From a virus (taxonomy: Duplodnaviria; Caudoviricetes), in the IMG/VR virus record IMGVR_UViG_3300037424_001103, positions 1-46,738 of that record: a DNA stretch of 46,738 nt; one strand, written 5' to 3'. The notes beneath the pieces were generated by a model. It did not search any database and was not told the DNA's origin. It saw only the letters and a program-made list of their open reading frames with translations. Positions within the stretch are counted from its first letter, which is position 1; each line of letters starts with the position of its first letter. The position numbers and the translations under genes were made by a program. Of the stretch, positions 42,537-46,738 are shown in pieces.

Positions 42537-43748
42537 TTAAACAGCTGTTGCGATACCACCGGCGCCGGAAGCGACAGCCGCCGAATTGCCGATGTAAACC
42601 GTGTCGTTTGCCCCAACCGAATCCCATGCGGCCCACCCAACCAAAGAGCAGGCATCCATGAGGATTTGCCCGGAAGTCGGTTTGGTGCCGATGAAAGCGG
42701 AAGTCAGTGCGCCAAGTCCGTTAGGTTTCCATGCCATAAAACGACACCGGCTGAATACCTGAAATCCGGATAGGGCCGTGGCATCCATGGATTTAACAGC
42801 CCCCTTGCCAGCCGTTTCAGAGTAGCAAAGGATATCGCAGTCGCGGAAGCGGGTCCGGTACGCCGTCCCGTCAAAAACGATTTCGGCATTCGCCGCGGCT
42901 TTCAGGATGGTGTCCGTCCCGAAAGTAATCCGTTCGAAGTCGTTCTCCTGCCCGCCGTCAACCAGCAGGTCATAAGCCGTTGCGACCGCTCCCGGGGTAG
43001 CATGCCCGGCGCCTACAGCATGGCCCATACCGAAATAATTCCGGTTACCGGTGACTTTGATACCGCCCAGGGAGAGAGCGTGTGAGGACCAATTCCCAAT
43101 ATTGAAATTCAGGAATCTATTGTTGTCGCCAGACACCAGGACCATTTCCGGGATGTAGCTGGTCAAGGTTGTAGAAACCGTCTCCGCTTTGGTTTGGACA
43201 TTCAGCGTTTCCGATACGGTCAATGACAGCGCCTCCGCAACAGTAACGGTAAACGTCGCAGCGTTGTTGCTTCCCGAATCAACGATAACGCCCTTCATAC
43301 CGGCAACCCATCCATCAGTGAGAAAAGACCCTGCCTCCCTGGTAATGGCATTTGCGGTCTGCGCGCAAGTCTCAAGCGCCGTGGTGACAACCTCAACATT
43401 TGCAACCCGCGCCCGGCCATACATGGATACCGGAGCGGCGAGGCCAAAAAGGGTGACGCCGTGCTTCGACCATGCGAGGCTTTGCTTCAGGTAACTGGTT
43501 GTATCGGCAGCGGTACCCGTCCCTGCGCTGAAAAGCACAATGCCATCCCCGGCGCCGGAAGTGCACCGGTTGTAAGCGGTCAAAAGATCGGCCACCGCCT
43601 CGTCAACCGTAAGCCCGTCCCTGTCATTGTCACCGGTATCCGGGTTAACAAAAAACCACTGCCCCCGGATGTATGGAAGGGCCGAACCCGTAACGCCAGC
43701 AGCAAGGGCCAATAGATCCTTGCTGTATCTGTGTCTGCTTAGTTCCAT
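42537..43748 (-). CDS. Head fibre/decoration protein, beta-helix-like
   Basis: FFV....G.N..DG.T...A......A...CT.G.GD.I N-terminus, VSGDNN.F.N / VTGNRNYF rungs; follows the capsid gene. Confidence 0.65.
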   Translation of the reverse strand: MELSRHRYSKDLLALAAGVTGSALPYIRGQWFFVNPDTGDNDRDGLTVDEAVADLLTAYNRCTSGAGDGIVLFSAGTGTAADTTSYLKQSLAWSKHGVTLFGLAAPVSMYGRARVANVEVVTTALETCAQTANAITREAGSFLTDGWVAGMKGVIVDSGSNNAATFTVTVAEALSLTVSETLNVQTKAETVSTTLTSYIPEMVLVSGDNNRFLNFNIGNWSSHALSLGGIKVTGNRNYFGMGHAVGAGHATPGAVATAYDLLVDGGQENDFERITFGTDTILKAAANAEIVFDGTAYRTRFRDCDILCYSETAGKGAVKSMDATALSGFQVFSRCRFMAWKPNGLGALTSAFIGTKPTSGQILMDACSLVGWAAWDSVGANDTVYIGNSAAVASGAGGIATAV

Positions 43749-43762
43749 GGTATCCCCTCCCT

Positions 43763-44761
43763 TTATCCGTTGCTCACGATGGAGACGACACCGGTATTTT
43801 TGAGGTTAAATACACGGTCCCATGACGTTGCCGCGTAAAGATCAGAGTGGGCCGGGGTAATGGCGGTATTGCTTGCCTTATCCCAAGAGAAACCCATCGG
43901 AGCAAAGGCAAACTGCCGTCGGGTGTAGAGAACATCTATACCGGAACCCTTCGACGGATCGCGATAAGTTTCCACCGCTTGAATCGGACCCATGTTCTCA
44001 CCGTATCCCACCGCGCCCGGCTTGAACAGATAAGAGGTGTACTTGTACCCGTCAACGGACCCGGCCACTTTCGGTAGAGTATCGTCAACAATAACCCTGA
44101 GCCCGATGTAATACGGAATCATAACGTTCGTGGTGCTGTCCTTCACGTAGTCGATCAGGTCGTTATTGACCATGGTGGAGTAGGTGACGGAATGCACGGC
44201 GATAGCCTTCATTTCCCCGAACCGATCGCCCTGCTTCATAATCGCCTCGATTGTTTTCGTGGCGCTAATCTTGTTCGCGCTGGTCGCGGCCGTGCCGGTC
44301 TCTGTGGAAATATCGACAATCAGGTCGCTTGAATCGTCCGCTGCGTTGTCAGCAAAAATGCCGGTAATGCAGTGAATCAAGTTCGCCTGCATGTACTGCG
44401 CCCAAAAGCCCGCAACGCGATCACCAATGGCCTGCACCGGATTCGCACCGGAGAGGGCAGCACTTAGGGCATTGGCGCCCCACGCTTTGTGCCGAATCTG
44501 CCGAATAGCGATCATCTTATCCGTGCCGATCTCGTTTACAGTGTCGGCAACGGTTTCACTTGGCGCGTCTGCATCGCCGGTTAAATCCTGCCAAAAGGGG
44601 ATGTTGGAGGTCTTCCCACCGCCACCGAGAAACGCGGCAATCTGTGCAACCTGAACGAGGATGCCAGCCTGGTAGAACGGGTTCGCGTTCAGCGATTTCT
44701 CCATGATGTAGGGGTAGAAAATTTCCGGGATTATGATGTCTGTGATTCTGGTTTCTGCCAT
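43763..44761 (-). CDS. Major capsid protein
   Basis: T.I.D.I.PE.F..Y, GG....IPFW.DL.G, P..AI..RVA.FW, HS, Y.G.RVIVDD.LP, W.RV; AGGAGG RBS. Confidence 0.93.
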   Translation of the reverse strand: MAETRITDIIIPEIFYPYIMEKSLNANPFYQAGILVQVAQIAAFLGGGGKTSNIPFWQDLTGDADAPSETVADTVNEIGTDKMIAIRQIRHKAWGANALSAALSGANPVQAIGDRVAGFWAQYMQANLIHCITGIFADNAADDSSDLIVDISTETGTAATSANKISATKTIEAIMKQGDRFGEMKAIAVHSVTYSTMVNNDLIDYVKDSTTNVMIPYYIGLRVIVDDTLPKVAGSVDGYKYTSYLFKPGAVGYGENMGPIQAVETYRDPSKGSGIDVLYTRRQFAFAPMGFSWDKASNTAITPAHSDLYAATSWDRVFNLKNTGVVSIVSNG

Positions 44762-44783
44762 TTTTTTTTGCCTCCTATTGAAA

Positions 44784-44864
44784 TAAAAAAGCCGAGCGTG
44801 AAAGGTTTTTGCCCTTCAGACCCGGCTTTGCCGGTAAACTGCTATCTCCCATCAGGAGGTAGCC
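44784..44864 (-). terminator. Two-hairpin, terminator-like element in the capsid leader
   Basis: GCTA(c)CTCC-tgat-GGGAGATAGC, then AAGCCGGG...CTCGGCTTTTTT before the capsid RBS. Confidence 0.55.
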
Positions 44865-44883
44865 AAATTGTAAGTTTTAAATG

Positions 44884-45516
44884 TTACGCCGCCGCTTGCA
44901 GCGCCTTTGCTTGTTCCGGATTCGACTTAAAAAGATTCGTCCGCTCATCAAGATTCATATCGGACCACTTCTTGCTGTTTCCTCCACCATTTGCCCCTCC
45001 GGATGCCCCGCCGCCTTGATTTGCAGGTGCGGCCACAAAATGCTTCCCCTCGTCGGACTTCGCCCACTCTGCCACAAAATCGGCAAGGGGCTTGTCGCCG
45101 ACCTTGGCAATCCTGTTGTCACCTTCAGCAACCATGGACACTTGCCCGGCCATCATGGCCTTAACCGCTTTCGAAAGCTCTGGCTTAACCCCTGCTTTCA
45201 GAAGAGAGTCCGTCAAACCATTGTCAACCAACAATCGATGGGCGAACTGCGCTTCGGTCTCATATGCTTTCTTGTGCTTGTCGGCTTCAGCGGTAATGGT
45301 CTTAATGGCCTTTGTCGATTCTGCAAGCTGCCCTTGAGCTTGTTCCAACTCTGCTTGAAGCGCTGCATGGTCGGCCGGATCGATCAATGAATCTTTTTGG
45401 GCCTTCTTCAGTTTGCCCAAAAGCTCGGCGTTCTTTGCCTGCAATCCTGACACAGCTTCTTCGACTGCCGTTTTCAACGCTGCTTTTGTATCTTCGTCGT
45501 TTGGATCAAATGTCAT
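44884..45516 (-). CDS. Capsid scaffold protein
   Basis: GL..KN.ELL...K coiled coil, W..S.EG..F, GGGA.G tail; precedes the capsid gene. Confidence 0.85.
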   Translation of the reverse strand: MTFDPNDEDTKAALKTAVEEAVSGLQAKNAELLGKLKKAQKDSLIDPADHAALQAELEQAQGQLAESTKAIKTITAEADKHKKAYETEAQFAHRLLVDNGLTDSLLKAGVKPELSKAVKAMMAGQVSMVAEGDNRIAKVGDKPLADFVAEWAKSDEGKHFVAAPANQGGGASGGANGGGNSKKWSDMNLDERTNLFKSNPEQAKALQAAA

Positions 45517-45611
45517 GGTCTCTCCTTGAGAGTGTTTCGGGCCTCGCCCTGAGCTATAGACATAATCTATAATGCTTATTCGGGTAAACTATATTTGTTA
45601 CAATGTCAACA

Positions 45612-46646
45612 TTATTTTAACGCTCTCAGTTCTTTGAGCGTTAATTCCCGGCCGTTACCATCCACAAGATCCTGAAGCGTGATTTTCCCTTTTCTCCACA
45701 GGTCAGCCCTGCCAGGCCCGAGCAACTCGTCAACATACGCTTTGTCGTGTCGCTTCAGGAACCCTTCGAAAGTTGTATCGGCCGGGATCTGCCCGAGGTC
45801 GCTTGATCGGGTTCCGGTTGGCACTTCGTCAATGTCAATTCCAAGATCCCTATAACTTTTGGTTATTCCAACCAATACCGACCGGCAATTAAAATGCAAA
45901 GGGGGGGACTTGAAAGGGAATCCCCCTTTAATCGGGCTCCCATCAAGATCCCATTCGGCACCTGACCTCGCAACACACTGAAGGCTGGTATGCGAATCCA
46001 GTGTGCTTAGATGCTTAACCCCCTTCAGCACGTCCGAGTTTTCCCGGAACGTAGCAAGCCTGGCATCGTTCGCAACCTGCTGAACCGAAGTATGCACCAG
46101 TGCCGCCGCACCCCGCCGGGAGGTATCCATAATACCGGGTATGCCTTTTGCCGGCGACCCGATAACCCGCGCCACAATCTGCTGAACAGTTTCGGCCTGA
46201 ACTATCCCCTGGCGGACCTGCGCAGCGAACTTGAAAGAAAGATCCTCCCCAGCTTTGGCCCACCATGCAGCCGACGGAGCGCCTTCGATTAACACGTTTG
46301 ACGCAATAACCCTGAGCGCCGATTCCGAGGGGATGGCAATGTCAAGGCCGATGACTGCAAACGCCTCCTGGATCTTCGTGGCCTCATGCATGGCAAGCCC
46401 CGGTCCATCCAAGAACCGGCCGGACTTCCCGTAATAGTCGGCGATGATGCCCCCGGCTTCTTTGATCAGTTTATTGACCCGGCGTTTCGAGAAGTCGGTA
46501 AGATCCCCCAAAAGTTTTATCCTGAGTTCCCGTTGCATTTCTGACAGAAGCGCAAGGACTTTCTTTCTCTCCCCCGCTGTGAACCGGAAAAGGGAAATCT
46601 GGTTAGCGATCATCTTGTCGGCAAGGTATTGATCAACGTTATTCAT
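45612..46646 (-). CDS. Head morphogenesis protein (SPP1 gp7/Mu F-like)
   Basis: STLD.HTS..C, PPLHFNCRS, LG..RA.L...G.I.L.DL......TL..L. Confidence 0.92.
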   Translation of the reverse strand: MNNVDQYLADKMIANQISLFRFTAGERKKVLALLSEMQRELRIKLLGDLTDFSKRRVNKLIKEAGGIIADYYGKSGRFLDGPGLAMHEATKIQEAFAVIGLDIAIPSESALRVIASNVLIEGAPSAAWWAKAGEDLSFKFAAQVRQGIVQAETVQQIVARVIGSPAKGIPGIMDTSRRGAAALVHTSVQQVANDARLATFRENSDVLKGVKHLSTLDSHTSLQCVARSGAEWDLDGSPIKGGFPFKSPPLHFNCRSVLVGITKSYRDLGIDIDEVPTGTRSSDLGQIPADTTFEGFLKRHDKAYVDELLGPGRADLWRKGKITLQDLVDGNGRELTLKELRALK

Positions 46647-46738
46647 TCGTATTCACCGGTGGTAAGCGCCTGATTTGAATCTCGTTCTTTTGGAAGTCCG
46701 CCCACCCACGATAATTATCATGGCCTATAAAGTGGGCC
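46612..46738. repeat. Terminal direct repeat, right copy
   Basis: Matches 1-127 with one mismatch; gene order portal -> head morphogenesis is continuous across the join. Confidence 0.97.

Noticed and set aside
44795-44835. c-di-GMP-I riboswitch (GCAAAGCC-GGGTCT resemblance on the minus strand)
   Set aside because: The upstream GGCAAAC...GAAA P2 arm is missing; only a partial resemblance
45581-45609. Promoter upstream of the scaffold gene (TTGACA on the minus strand)
   Set aside because: The -10 at 17 bp is TACCCG, too weak to call
46612-46738. Physical direct terminal repeat of the virion DNA
   Set aside because: The 127-bp length equals a common assembler k-mer and the repeat cuts through coding sequence; an assembly overlap is more likely
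1-46738. tRNA/rRNA genes, IS elements, DNA polymerase, reverse transcriptase, intact integrase
   Set aside because: None recognised by eye or in the ORF track; confirm with tRNAscan-SE and HMM searches

Overview
This window is a complete, circularly assembled tailed-phage genome: a 46,611-bp unit plus a 127-bp terminal overlap with one mismatch. The morphotype is siphovirus-like. The host is probably Gram-negative; Desulfobacterota is an inference from recalled protein families only. The minus strand carries packaging, head, tail and lysis genes (TerS, TerL, DUF4055-type portal, head morphogenesis protein, scaffold, capsid, head fibre, neck proteins, tail tube, -1 frameshifted chaperones, tape measure, Kelch-like propeller, M15 endolysin). 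It also carries a polymerase-less replication/recombination module: Cro-like HTH, 3'-5' exonuclease, Gp3-like protein, SSB-like protein, PD-(D/E)XK nuclease, split RecD2, ERCC4 nuclease, P4/D5 helicase, iteron origin, Toprim primase and a dNTP diphosphohydrolase-like protein. Two plus-strand early operons start at near-consensus sigma70 promoters. Four features stand out: (1) a ParB + Trm1/TcmP-like methyltransferase + inverted radical SAM module between TerL and portal, a candidate DNA-modification system; (2) a C-type-lectin-fold protein whose 3' end has a DGR variable-repeat codon signature although no RT, TR or Avd is visible; (3) beside it, a stop-interrupted fragment resembling an integrase N-terminus, with no CI repressor, suggesting loss of lysogeny; (4) several gene remnants and structured intergenic elements. 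All family assignments come from motif recognition by eye; no database searches were run.
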